A stretch of 64,000 nucleotides of DNA. It comes from Pseudomonadota bacterium (GTDB lineage Bacteria > Pseudomonadota > Gammaproteobacteria > Steroidobacterales > Steroidobacteraceae). The translations under genes were made by a program, and so were the position numbers. Where the stretch lies: the NCBI GenBank assembly GCA_021822385.1, contig JAKARC010000002.1, forward strand, positions 36,352-100,351. The letters are read 5' to 3'. Every line of letters begins with the position of its first letter. Positions within the stretch are counted from its first letter, which is position 1. Below the pieces are notes generated by a model. It had not been told where the DNA came from and did no database searches. It worked only from the letters and a program-made list of their open reading frames with translations. Positions 36,280 through 46,549 of this stretch are shown here, piece after piece.

Positions 36280-36306
36280 GAAACTTATATTTAATCCGGC
36301 TTTCGG

Positions 36307-38395
36307 TCAAGTACCCGCCCTGCTCCAGGCGCCGGCCGCTGCCGCCGCCCGCAGCAGCGCGCACGGCCGCCAGCGCTCACCGTGACTCGGGGCAAGGCCC
36401 TCGAGTGTGGCCACAACGGCGTCGAGCCCGGACCGCTCCGCCCAGTACATGGGACCGCCCCGGAAAGCCGGAAAGCCATACCCGTATACGTACACCACGT
36501 CGATGTCGCCGGGGCGAGCGGCGATGCCCTCCGCGAGCACCCGGGCGCCCTCGTTGACCAGCGGATGCAGCAGCCGCGCCAGGATTTCCTGCGCGCCGAT
36601 CGAGCGCTGCCTGATTCCGAGTTCGTCCGCAACCGCGCGGATCAACGCGAGCGCCTCAGGGTCCGAGTGGCGCCGTCCGCCCTCGTAGCGATAGAACCCC
36701 CGGCCGCACTTGCGCCCGAGCCGCCCTGCGGCAACCATCCGCTCGAGTATTGGCGAGCAACGCTCATCGGCCGGCAGCACGCGATTGCGCCGGATCGCCC
36801 AGCCGACGTCATTGCCCGCAAGATCGCGCATCGCGAGCGGCCCCATCGCGAAGCCAAACTCCTCGATTACCGCGTCGATCTGCTCGGGCGTCGCCCCCTC
36901 CTCGAGCAGGCGCTCGGCCTCCACCCCGTAAAAGTGCAGCATGCGGTTGCCGATGAAGCCGTCGCAGTTGCCGGCCAGCACCGGGATCTTGCCGAGACGG
37001 CGCGCGAGCGCCATCACGGTGGCGAGGGTCTCCGGCGAACTGGCGCGGCCGCGCACGTTCTCCATCAACTTCATGATGTGCGCCGGACTGAAGAAGTGCG
37101 TGCCGACCACCTGCTCTGCGCGCGCGGTGCAGGCCGCCAGGCGATCGATGTCGAGCGTCGAGGTGTTGCTGGCGAGGATCGCGCGTGCCGGGGTGCAGCG
37201 ATCGAGCTGAGCGAATACCTCGCCTTTGAGCACCGGATCTTCGAACACTGCCTCGATGGCAATGTCGACTTGTGCCAGCGCGGCGTAGTCGCTGACGCCC
37301 CGAATGCGGCTGCGTGCGGCGGCGGCCTGTGCGTCGGTGAGCTTGCCGCGCGCGACGCTCTCGTCATAGAGGCCCCCGATGCGAGCAAGGCCGGCGGCGA
37401 GCGCAGGCGGCGACACATCGAGCAGCGCCACCTCGATGCCCGCGGCTGCCAAACACATCGCAATACCCGTGCCCATCATGCCCGCCCCGACGATGCCGGC
37501 CCGCTCGATCGGCAACGGCCGCACGTGCGCCCCCAGACCGGGAATGCGGCGTGCGGCGCGCTCGGCGTGAAAGACATGCATCAATGCCTCGCGCTGTGCG
37601 CTCGCGCGGCATTCGAGATAGTACTGACGTTCCAACTTGAACGCCTCTTCTGCCGGCAGAGTACAGGCCGCCTCGATCGCATCGACGACACGCCACGGAG
37701 CGAGTTGACCGCGATAGGCGTGCGCGTGTGCGGCGCGCCAGCGCGTGAATAGATCGGGCGCAAGGGTGCGGATCTTATCGGTGCGCGCGTGCGCCGGTAG
37801 CGGCAGCGGCCCGGCGGCGGCAAGCCTGAGCCCCCGCTCGTGCGCCGCTCGCACCGGCTCGGCGACCGTTGCGTCGATGACGCCGAGACTCAGCGCACGC
37901 GCGGCCGGCACAGGCTGCCCGGCGCTTATCACCTCGAGCGCCGCCGCCGGGCCGGCGAGGCGGGTGAAGCGCTGTGTACCACCGCTGCCCGGGATCAGAC
38001 CCAGTTTGACCTCGGGCAGTCCAAGGTGCGCGGCCGGCGCCGCGATGCGCGCATGACAGGCGAGCGCAAGCTCGAAGCTCCCGCCCAATGCCACCCCGTC
38101 GATAGCCGCCACAACTGGCTTGCCGAGCGCTTCGATCTGCGCCTGCAGCTCGCGCAGCGTCGGGCTGCGCAAGGCGACCCCCGAGGCAATCTCATCGATG
38201 TCAGCGCCTGCGCCAAAACTCCCGCGTGCGCCGTAGAGCACAACTGCCTTGACCGTAGGATCTTCGCCGGCGCGGCGCAGTCCCATGCCGATATCCGTGC
38301 GCACCTGCAGGTCAAGGGCGTTGACCGGCGGGTTGTCGATCTGCAGCAGCGCGACATCGCCGTCGCGCAGGTAATGGGTCGACACGGCAGCCCCC
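36307..38395 (-). CDS. multifunctional enoyl-CoA hydratase / 3-hydroxyacyl-CoA dehydrogenase (FadB/FadJ architecture)
   Basis: About 695 aa from GTG 38395 ((M)[23 protein letters not shown], a crotonase N-terminus). The central Rossmann fold is [15 protein letters not shown]. Upstream in-frame codons overlap cysNC. Confidence 0.85.
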
Positions 38396-38485
38396 AGTGC
38401 GTGAACAGGTCGATGGTAGCGCGCCTGTGTCCGCCGATCGAGGCCCGCGCAGACGCAGAAGCGGTGCGCCGCCGCGCCCGCGCGC

Positions 38486-40393
38486 TCAGACGATGATGTG
38501 CCGCGCCCGCAAGGCCTCGAGCACCTGCCGCGCACCTTCCTCCGGTCCGAGCGGACCTGGGGTCAGCACCAGCTCGGGATTCTCCGGCGGCTCGTACGGG
38601 GAGTCGATACCGGTGAAGTTGCGGATTTTCCCTGCGAGCGCGCGCGCATACAATCCCTTCGGATCTCGCCGGCGACACTCGTCAAGTGGCGTATCGCAGA
38701 AGATCTCGATGAATTCTCCGCTCTCGACCAGCTCACGCACCATGCGCCGTTCAGCTCGGAACGGGGAGATGAACGAACACAAGACGATCGCGCCGGCATC
38801 GACGAAGAGCTTGGCCACCTCGCCGACACGCCTGATGTTCTCCACGCGATCCGCATCCGTGAAGCCCAGATCGCGATTGAGCCCATGACGCACGTTGTCG
38901 CCATCGAGCATGTAGGTGTGTGCCCCGTGCGCGTGCAGCTCACGCTCGACGATGTTCGCAACCGTGCTTTTGCCGGAACCGGACAGGCCCGTGAACCATA
39001 GAATTGCCGGGCGGTGACCGTTCAGGCGCATGCGTGCGGCCTTGTCAACGAGCAGCGCCTGGCGGTGGATATTGGTTGCACGCCGCAAGCCGAAACTGAT
39101 CATGCCGGCAGCAGCCGTGGCGTGCGTAAACCGATCGATGAGCACGAATGCGCCGGTGGCACGGTTGTCCGCATATGCGTCAAGCGCCACCGGCGAAGTC
39201 GTCGCGAGATTGCACACTCCGATCTCATTCAGACCAAGCGTCTTAGCGGCAATGTGCTCGAGGGTGTTGACATCGACTTTGTGCTTCAGGCTCGTGATGC
39301 GCGCGGGCACGTAACGCGTACCGATGCGCAGCAGATACGAGCGCCCCGGCAGCATGGGCTCCTCGAGCATCCACAGCACCTGCGCAGCGAACTGATCGAC
39401 GACCTCCGGGCGCGCTTGCGCGTGCGCCAACAGGTCGCCGCGGGCGATGTCCACTTCATCACTCAATGTCAGCGTCACCGCGTCACCCGCATGCGCTTCG
39501 GCCAAATCACCATCGGCCGTAACGATGCGCTCTACGCGGGTTTCCCGCCCCGAGACCGCCACCACCACAGGATCACCGGGCCGCACGATGCCGGAAGCGA
39601 CGGTGCCCGCGAAGCCGCGGAAGTCGGCGTTCGGCCGGTTCACCCATTGCACCGGGAAACGCAGCGGCTTCTCATCCAGGCCCTCGCTGACATCGAGCGT
39701 CTCAAGCTGCTCGATCAGCGTTGGCCCTTCGTACCAGCTCATACACTCACTGCGGCGCACCACGTTGTCGCCATAGCGCGCCGACAGCGGAATGCTTGCG
39801 ATCGAGGCAAACTTCAGTGCGGCAGCGAAACCGAGATACTCGGCCACGATGTGGTGAAAGCGTTCCCCGGAGTACTCGACGAGATCGATCTTGTTGATTG
39901 CGAGCACGACATGCCTGATGCCGAGCAGCGCGCAGATGAAGCTGTGCCGGCGCGTCTGCGTAAGCACGCCTTTGCGCGCATCGATCAGGATGACGGCGGC
40001 CTGTGCATTGGAGGCACCGGTGGCCATGTTGCGCGTGTATTGCTCATGACCCGGCGTGTCGGCGACGATGAATGCGCGGCGCGGCGTGGCGAAAAATCGA
40101 TAGGCGACATCGATGGTGATGCCCTGCTCGCGCTCGGCCTGCAGTCCATCGACGAGCAGTGCCAAATCGAGCTCATCGCCCGTGGTGCCGTGCTTGCGGC
40201 TGTCCCGTTCGAGAGCGGCGAGCTGATCGTCGTGGATCAGCTGCGTATCGTACAGCAGCCGCCCGATGAGGGTCGACTTGCCGTCGTCCACCGAGCCGCA
40301 CGTGAGGAAGCGCAGCAGCGTCTTCTCGCCGGCGCGCGCACCCGTGGCGGCATCCTCCGGCACGTACGCGAATCTTTCAGAAGTATCCGTCAC
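38486..40393 (-). CDS. cysNC: bifunctional sulfate adenylyltransferase subunit 1 / adenylylsulfate kinase
   Basis: 635 aa. The GTPase domain has [15 protein letters not shown] and DTPGHEQY. The C-terminal APS kinase has the P-loop [11 protein letters not shown] plus SFISPF and KGLYA. GTG start at 40393; the alternative is GTG 40363. Confidence 0.93.
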   Translation of the reverse strand: MTDTSERFAYVPEDAATGARAGEKTLLRFLTCGSVDDGKSTLIGRLLYDTQLIHDDQLAALERDSRKHGTTGDELDLALLVDGLQAEREQGITIDVAYRFFATPRRAFIVADTPGHEQYTRNMATGASNAQAAVILIDARKGVLTQTRRHSFICALLGIRHVVLAINKIDLVEYSGERFHHIVAEYLGFAAALKFASIASIPLSARYGDNVVRRSECMSWYEGPTLIEQLETLDVSEGLDEKPLRFPVQWVNRPNADFRGFAGTVASGIVRPGDPVVVAVSGRETRVERIVTADGDLAEAHAGDAVTLTLSDEVDIARGDLLAHAQARPEVVDQFAAQVLWMLEEPMLPGRSYLLRIGTRYVPARITSLKHKVDVNTLEHIAAKTLGLNEIGVCNLATTSPVALDAYADNRATGAFVLIDRFTHATAAAGMISFGLRRATNIHRQALLVDKAARMRLNGHRPAILWFTGLSGSGKSTVANIVERELHAHGAHTYMLDGDNVRHGLNRDLGFTDADRVENIRRVGEVAKLFVDAGAIVLCSFISPFRAERRMVRELVESGEFIEIFCDTPLDECRRRDPKGLYARALAGKIRNFTGIDSPYEPPENPELVLTPGPLGPEEGARQVLEALRARHIIV

Positions 40394-41333
40394 GTTTCTT
40401 CTTCTCCATTGACGCCGCCTCGTCGTTGTCGATCAGCCGCCCGGAGCGCTCCGAAGTGCGCATCCGCAGCATCTCAGCAATGATCTGCTCGATCGTCGTG
40501 GCGTCGCTCTCCTGCGCTGCCGTCAGTGGATAGCAGCCGAGGGAGCGGAAGCGCACCGAGCGCACCTGGGTCTGTTCCCCGGGTTTCAGCGGCATCCGCT
40601 CATCGTCGCGCATGATGAGTTGGCCGTCGCGCTCGATGACGGGGCGCGGCGCGGCAAAGTACAACGGCACCACCGGGATCTGCTCGGCACGGGTGTACTC
40701 CCAGACATCGAGCTCGGTCCAGTTCGACAGCGGAAAGACGCGAATGGTCTCGCCGGGATTGATGCGAGTGTTGTAGAGATTCCACAGCTCCGGCCGTTGG
40801 TTACGCGGATCCCATACGTGCCCCGGGGAGCGGAACGAGAAGACACGCTCCTTGGCACGGCTTTGTTCCTCATCGCGGCGAGCGCCGCCAAAGGCGGCAT
40901 CGAACTGCCACCGATCGAGCGCCTGCTTCAGCGCCTCGGTCTTCATCACCTGCGTGTGCAGCTGCGAGCCGGAACTGATCGGATTGATGCCACGCGCCAC
41001 TCCCTCGGCGTTGGTGTACACGAGCAGCTTCAGGCCGTGACGCGCCGCGATCTCGTCACGGAAGCGGATCATTTCCCGGAACTTCCAGGTCGTGTCAATG
41101 TGCAGCAGCGGAAAGGGCAGTTTGCCGGGATAGAACGCCTTGAGCGCCAGATGCAACATGACACCCGAATCCTTGCCAATCGAATACAGCATCACCGGAT
41201 TGCGAAACTCCGCCGCCACTTCGCGGATGATGCCGATTGATTCGGACTCGAGGCGGCGCAGATGCGCCGAGAGGCGTGCCCGCCGATGGTGGGGATCGCG
41301 CTCGCGCGCGCTGATGTCGTCCATACGGGTCAT
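40377..41333 (-). CDS. cysD: sulfate adenylyltransferase subunit 2
   Basis: 318 aa PAPS-reductase-fold ATP pyrophosphatase ([31 protein letters not shown]). Confidence 0.93.
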   Translation of the reverse strand: MTRMDDISARERDPHHRRARLSAHLRRLESESIGIIREVAAEFRNPVMLYSIGKDSGVMLHLALKAFYPGKLPFPLLHIDTTWKFREMIRFRDEIAARHGLKLLVYTNAEGVARGINPISSGSQLHTQVMKTEALKQALDRWQFDAAFGGARRDEEQSRAKERVFSFRSPGHVWDPRNQRPELWNLYNTRINPGETIRVFPLSNWTELDVWEYTRAEQIPVVPLYFAAPRPVIERDGQLIMRDDERMPLKPGEQTQVRSVRFRSLGCYPLTAAQESDATTIEQIIAEMLRMRTSERSGRLIDNDEAASMEKKKRDGYF

Positions 41334-42205
41334 GCCGCCAGAGGCACGAGCGGGAACGGCCCGCCGGCCACGAAGAAGGAATTGCGTAAACCCGGTTTCC
41401 CGTAACGCAACGGCTCACCTCCGGGCGCGAGCACCTGACCACCGGCGGCCTCGAGTACCGCTTGCCCGGCCGCGGTATCCCATTCCATGGTCGGACCGAG
41501 CCGCGGATACAGGTCTGCCTCCCCAGCGGCGACCTGGCAGAACTTCAGCGAAGAGCCCACCGAGACGCGCTCACGGACAGGGTAGCTCTGCAGGTAGGAT
41601 TCGGTCTGCGGGGTCGCGTGCGAGCGCGAGACCACCGCGGTCAGGCCGCCCTGCGGCGCTGGGCGCACATGCACCGGCTCGCGCGCACCCGCCTTGGCGG
41701 TGTGCGGCTCGGCCGGCTGCAGAAAGCGGAACGCGTGCCGCGCGACGACATTGCCCGCATAGAGCATGCCGCCGACCGGCGCATATACCACGCCCAGCAC
41801 TGGTGCACCGCCGCGGATCAGCGCAATGTTGACCGTAAAATCCCCACGGCGACCAATGAATTCCTTGGTGCCATCGAGCGGATCGACCAGGAAAAACGCC
41901 GCGCCACTCGATGGCCTGTGGCCGCCGGCGTAGGACTCTTCCGCCACCACCGGAATGTCGGCGGCGATGCGCTGGAGATGCTCGAGAATGATCTGCTCGG
42001 CCGCGCGATCCGCCGCCGTGACCGGACTCTGGTCCGCCTTGTACTGGACGTCGGCATCGCCGCGGCGATAGATGGCGTACGCGGCGCGCCCCGCGGCCAC
42101 CGCCACTGGCAGCAGCGCCTCGAGGAGCTCGGAATCTGTGATCGGAGACACGGTCGCTATCCGTTGAAGTACCGATGCACAGTCTACCAATGCCCCGTAC
42201 CGCAT
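41330..42205 (-). CDS. cysQ: 3'(2'),5'-bisphosphate nucleotidase
   Basis: Inositol-monophosphatase fold ([27 protein letters not shown]). It shares an ATGA overlap with cysD. The start is uncertain: ATG 42205 or GTG 42151. Confidence 0.85.
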   Translation of the reverse strand: MRYGALVDCASVLQRIATVSPITDSELLEALLPVAVAAGRAAYAIYRRGDADVQYKADQSPVTAADRAAEQIILEHLQRIAADIPVVAEESYAGGHRPSSGAAFFLVDPLDGTKEFIGRRGDFTVNIALIRGGAPVLGVVYAPVGGMLYAGNVVARHAFRFLQPAEPHTAKAGAREPVHVRPAPQGGLTAVVSRSHATPQTESYLQSYPVRERVSVGSSLKFCQVAAGEADLYPRLGPTMEWDTAAGQAVLEAAGGQVLAPGGEPLRYGKPGLRNSFFVAGGPFPLVPLAA

Positions 42206-42270
42206 GCTGGCGGACGGCGCACGTTTTACCAGAACTTCTGGTTATGCCCTAAGCCCCGCAGGCAGGTGCC

Positions 42271-43383
42271 TCAACTGCTGCCGATCGGCATGGGCATCAG
42301 CGGCAGGCCAAGCGACTCGGCAACGGCGGCGTGAGTGATACCGCCGGCGTGCACGTTCAGCCCAGCGGCGAAACCCGCATCCCGCCGCAGCGCCTCCTGC
42401 CAGCCGAGGTCTGCAATCTGGCGGACATAAGGCAGCGTGGCGTTGGTCAAGGCAAACGTCGAGGTGCGCGCCACCGCACCGGGCATGTTCGCCACGCAGT
42501 AATGCACCACCCCGTCAACGACAAAGGTCGGCTCGGCGTGCGTGGTCGCTCGACTGGTTTCGAAGCAGCCGCCCTGATCGATGGCGATATCGACCAGCAC
42601 CGAGCCGGCTTGCATGCTCGCGAGCATCGCGCGCGTGACCAATTTGGGCGCCGATGCACCGGCAATCAGCACCGCGCCGATCACCAGATCCGCCTCCTTG
42701 ATCAACCGCTCGATCGTCGCCGTGGTCGAATATGCGGTACGCAACGCGGAACCGAACTGCTCGGACAGTTGCCGCAACCGGCCGAGCGAACGATCCACCA
42801 CCGTGACGTCGGCGTGCATCCCGACGGCCATCTGCGCCGCGTGTGTGCCGGCGACACCACCGCCCAGGATCAGCACCTTTGCCGGCAACACCCCTGGCAC
42901 CCCGCCAAGCAGCACGCCGCTGCCGCCATGCGCCTTCTGCAAGCAGCTCGCTCCCACCTGCACCGACATCCGGCCCGCAACCTCACTCATCGGGGTGAGC
43001 AGCGGCAGCCCCCCGTCGTGAGTCACGGTCTCATAGGCGATTGCAGTGACGCCGGATTTCATCAGCGCACGCGCCTGCTCAGGGTCCGGCGCAAGATGCA
43101 GGTACGTAAAGAGCACCTGGCCGGGCCGTAGCAGGGCACATTCGGCGAGCTGCGGCTCCTTCACCTTGACGATCAGATCGGCCGCAGAAAACACCGCGGC
43201 CGCGTCCGGCAGGATGCGCGCACCGACCTCCTGATAGGCTGCATCCGTAAAGCCGATGCCACGTCCTGCACCGGACTGAATCAGCACCTCGTGACCTGCG
43301 CCGGTAAGCTCCCGCACCCCGGCTGGCACCAGTCCCACCCGATACTCGTGAACCTTGATCTCGCTCGGAACCCCGATACGCAT
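42271..43383 (-). CDS. ald: alanine dehydrogenase
   Basis: 370 aa from MRIGVPSEIKVHEYRVGLVPAGVREL, with the NAD motif VLILGGGVAGTHAA. Confidence 0.93.
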   Translation of the reverse strand: MRIGVPSEIKVHEYRVGLVPAGVRELTGAGHEVLIQSGAGRGIGFTDAAYQEVGARILPDAAAVFSAADLIVKVKEPQLAECALLRPGQVLFTYLHLAPDPEQARALMKSGVTAIAYETVTHDGGLPLLTPMSEVAGRMSVQVGASCLQKAHGGSGVLLGGVPGVLPAKVLILGGGVAGTHAAQMAVGMHADVTVVDRSLGRLRQLSEQFGSALRTAYSTTATIERLIKEADLVIGAVLIAGASAPKLVTRAMLASMQAGSVLVDIAIDQGGCFETSRATTHAEPTFVVDGVVHYCVANMPGAVARTSTFALTNATLPYVRQIADLGWQEALRRDAGFAAGLNVHAGGITHAAVAESLGLPLMPMPIGSS

Positions 43384-43520
43384 GCCGCTCTCCCCCGAAT
43401 GCAACTGCGCACGAGCTTACGGCGCGGTGCTGGAGCGAGCTTGCAAATGCCGCAGTGGCAGCCGATTTTTACCGCAGGATCTGTCTCTATTAAAATTATT
43501 TATGGCAGAATATTGCGCCT

Positions 43521-43982
43521 ATGAGCCTGGATCGCTACGATCACGCCATTCTCCGCCGCCTGCAGCAGGACGCGCGCATCACCAACGCGCGCCTCGCAAG
43601 CGAAGTCAGCCTGTCCGAGTCCGCCTGCCTGCGGCGGGTCAAAGCGCTCGAGACATCGGGCCTGATTCAGAGCTACACCGCACGCATCGATCAGCACAAG
43701 GCGGGCTATCCGGTCAACGTGTTCGTGAACATCACCCTCGATCGCCAGAGTCAATCGGGGCTTGAAGCCTTCGAAGCGGCCGTGCGCAAGATCCCCCAGG
43801 TGATGGAGTGCTACCTGATGACCGGCGAGCACGACTACCTGCTGCGACTCGTGGTGGCCGATCTCGATGATTTCGAGCGCATCCACAGCCAGCACCTGAC
43901 TCGTCTGCCGAGCGTCGTGCGCATCCAGTCGAGCTTCGCGATGCGCACCGTCACCCGTTCCGCGGTGCTGCCGGTACGTTGA
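43521..43982 (+). CDS. Lrp/AsnC-family transcriptional regulator (divergent from ald)
   Basis: 153 aa. LDRYDHAILRRLQQDARITNARLASEVSLSESACLRRVKALETSGLI is an Lrp HTH, followed by a RAM domain. Confidence 0.88.
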   Translation: MSLDRYDHAILRRLQQDARITNARLASEVSLSESACLRRVKALETSGLIQSYTARIDQHKAGYPVNVFVNITLDRQSQSGLEAFEAAVRKIPQVMECYLMTGEHDYLLRLVVADLDDFERIHSQHLTRLPSVVRIQSSFAMRTVTRSAVLPVR

Positions 43983-44209
43983 ACGAGCGCCCGCCGCGAC
44001 TTCCAGCCACCGGACGTCGTGTGGAGTTGCTGCGGCCGCGGCTCTCGCGCAGTCAATACATGGGCATGCAGACGCTCGGGCGTCGGCGCCCTGTTGTGCG
44101 CGGTGACAAGCCGTGCGCGGGGCCGGCCAGGCCCGCGCATGCGATGTTCTGCGATGACTGCCGTGCGCAGCTGCCGCCAACGCATAATTTCTGGGCGGAC
44201 GCCTGCGAG

Positions 44210-45361
44210 TTACATCAAATCGGGCTCGCCACAATGTCGGAGAATGAAATCGCGGGATGCATCGCGCAACTGTACGGCTGAGGCGAATGCGGTGCCCTCA
44301 CTGGGTGCTGCGATCGGCGCGCCCACCGTAACGGTGACCGGACAGCGCCGCAACAACCACTGCCCGTCGCGCAACACCCGCCGGGTACCCCGCAAGGCGA
44401 CCGGGATCACCGCCAGCTTGCCCGCGACCGCCATCTTGAACGCCCCAAGGTGAAAAGCGCGCAGACCCGTCGCCGCAGTGAAAGTGCCTTCCGGAAAAAC
44501 CACCAGACTGTCGCGCGTCATGTCGAGCACCGGGCGCGCCTTCGCTCCACCGCTTGCGATCGGTTCGGTACGCTCGATGAATACGGCGCCGAGCTTGCGC
44601 AACCATGTACCGAGGATCGGTACGCGTGCGAGCCAACGCGTGGCCACGAAACGGTGCGGCGCGGGAAGTATCGCCAGCACCACGATCGCGTCCACGTAAC
44701 TGCAGTGATTGACCACGATGACATGCGGACGTCCGCTGTTGCTGGCCATCGGATTCACGCGCAGCCGGATCGCGCACAGGCGCAACGCCCAGCGCGCCGC
44801 CAGATGCGTCACCGTCCATGCGCGGCGCCGGCCAGGAACGAGCAGAGACACGAGAAATGCCAGGGCGCCGATCGTCGCGAGCACGAGCGCGGCATAGACT
44901 GAGTAAATGATGCGCGCGGCCCACCCCCAGATTCCCGCGCTTACGTCCCTGTCATCTGTGCGCACATCGCACCCCCATTTCGTCTCAGCGTCGGTGTATC
45001 GGCCTGCTCCCTGCCGAGCACGATCCAACTGCACCGAGTCCGTTTCCACCCCACATGCGCGCAGCAAATCGCCGAGCGTACAGCTGGGGGCAAACGCGGC
45101 CGGTGCAGCCGTCACCCCCATACGCTCTTCGAGCCTGCGCGCCAACTCAAGTCGCGCCAGACTGTCAAAGCCGAGATCGCGTTCGAGTGCGCTTGCAGTG
45201 CCGAGATGTGCGGGACACGGCTGTCCACGATGCAGCTGAGCGTACAGGGTGTCCACCACTGCAAGAATACTCGCAGCATCACTTGCGCCGTCGGAGCGCC
45301 CCGCAGACCGCAACCGCTGCGCACCCGCGCGCCCCGGCAGGTCTGGGGTGAGATTTGCCAT
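44210..45361 (-). CDS. acyl-carrier-protein domain fused to a PlsC/LPLAT-family acyltransferase
   Basis: 383 aa from ATG 45361, with an AGGAGA SD. The N-terminus has a phosphopantetheine attachment motif (LGFDSLARLEL). A TM segment follows (IIYSVYAALVLATIGALAFLVSLLV). The LPLAT blocks are present: NHCSYVD (HX4D), FPEGT and VIPVAL. Confidence 0.75.
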   Translation of the reverse strand: MANLTPDLPGRAGAQRLRSAGRSDGASDAASILAVVDTLYAQLHRGQPCPAHLGTASALERDLGFDSLARLELARRLEERMGVTAAPAAFAPSCTLGDLLRACGVETDSVQLDRARQGAGRYTDAETKWGCDVRTDDRDVSAGIWGWAARIIYSVYAALVLATIGALAFLVSLLVPGRRRAWTVTHLAARWALRLCAIRLRVNPMASNSGRPHVIVVNHCSYVDAIVVLAILPAPHRFVATRWLARVPILGTWLRKLGAVFIERTEPIASGGAKARPVLDMTRDSLVVFPEGTFTAATGLRAFHLGAFKMAVAGKLAVIPVALRGTRRVLRDGQWLLRRCPVTVTVGAPIAAPSEGTAFASAVQLRDASRDFILRHCGEPDLM

Positions 45362-45385
45362 GCTCTCCTGCCGACAGTCCGCGCC

Positions 45386-45402
45386 GGCCCGATCATCGGG
45401 CC
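45386..45402. promoter_or_regulatory. perfect 17-bp palindrome GGCCCGAT-C-ATCGGGCC upstream of the ACP-acyltransferase gene (candidate operator)
   Basis: Read directly from the sequence. It lies 25-41 nt upstream of the ATG at 45361. A 1-nt centre makes a protein-binding site more likely than an RNA hairpin. Confidence 0.3.
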
Positions 45403-45550
45403 CGTAGACCGCCACGCCTGCCATTGTGCGCCCGCGTCGATCGAGGCACACGTCCGCAAGCCATCTTAACCTGCATACTGCGCCGTCGCGTGGCCCACGG
45501 CAACCCACCGCCGCCACAGCCGAGGATTCAGCTTTGGACGGGCGCGGTCG

Positions 45551-46549
45551 TCAGACGCGCAATACGATCTTACCGATGTGCGCGCCGGACTCCATCAACG
45601 CGTGCGCAGCCGCCGCCTCGGCCAACGGAAATGCCGCATAGATCGGCAGATGCAGCGCCTTCGACTCGAACAGCGGCCAGATCTCGCGCTTCAAACCGGC
45701 AGCGATCAGCCCCTTGCGCGCGACGGATTGCGCCCGCAGTGTGGAGCCGCCGATCATCAGCCGTTTGCCCATCAGCTGCGCCAGATCGATCTGCGCAGCG
45801 CGGCCGCCCTGCACCGCTATGACCGCAATGCGTCCATCCGGCGCCGCGGCCACCATGTCCCGCGCCACGTACTCGCCGCCGACCATGTCAAGAATCACGT
45901 CGGCGCCCTTGCCGCCGGTCGCACTCAGGGTCGCGGCAACAAAGTCCTCTTTCTTGTAGTTGATGGCGTTATCCGCCCCGAGCGCACGGCAGGCAGAGCA
46001 CTTTTCAGCGCTGCCTGCCGTGACCACGACCCGGGCGCCCAACGCCTTGCCCAAGATTATGGCGGTGACACCAATGCCGCTTGCACCGCCGTGCACCAGC
46101 AGCCACTCGCCAGGTTGCAACCGAGAGCGTTGGAAGACGTTGTAATAGACGGTGAAGACCGTCTCGGGAAGCACAGCAGCCTGCTCCAGACTGAGCGCGG
46201 CGGGCACCGGCAGGCATTGCACCGCCGGCGCCACGGCGTATTCGGCGTAACCCCCACCGGCAACGAGCGCGCACACCCGATCGCCCACCGCCCACTCGCT
46301 CACGTGCGGTCCGATGCCGACCACCACACCGGCGATCTCGAGGCCAGGAATATCACTCGCGCCCGGCGGCGGCGGATACAGGCCCCGACGCTGCAGTACA
46401 TCCGGCCGGTTGACGCCTGCGGCAGCCACCTGAACCAACACTTCGCCGACGCCCGGCTGCGGCATGGGCCGCTCCGTCAAACGCAGCATCTGCGGCTCTC
46501 CCGCAGCACTGATTTCTACGGCGCGGATGCTCGCAGGTAATTGATTCAC
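45551..46549 (-). CDS. NAD(P)H:quinone oxidoreductase, zinc-independent MDR family
   Basis: 332 aa. VAAAGVNRPDVLQRRGLYPPPPGASDIPGLEIAG is a Qor/PIG3-type pattern. The GTG start overlaps the arnD stop (GTGA at 46546-46549). Confidence 0.85.
   Translation of the reverse strand: MNQLPASIRAVEISAAGEPQMLRLTERPMPQPGVGEVLVQVAAAGVNRPDVLQRRGLYPPPPGASDIPGLEIAGVVVGIGPHVSEWAVGDRVCALVAGGGYAEYAVAPAVQCLPVPAALSLEQAAVLPETVFTVYYNVFQRSRLQPGEWLLVHGGASGIGVTAIILGKALGARVVVTAGSAEKCSACRALGADNAINYKKEDFVAATLSATGGKGADVILDMVGGEYVARDMVAAAPDGRIAVIAVQGGRAAQIDLAQLMGKRLMIGGSTLRAQSVARKGLIAAGLKREIWPLFESKALHLPIYAAFPLAEAAAAHALMESGAHIGKIVLRV

Noticed and set aside
42228-42242. The palindrome ACCAGAA-C-TTCTGGT between the ald stop and the cysQ start, considered as a terminator.
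   Set aside because: A one-nucleotide centre leaves only a 5-6-bp stem after allowing a loop, and no U-tract follows on the minus strand. It may be a protein-binding site, but I have no supporting evidence.
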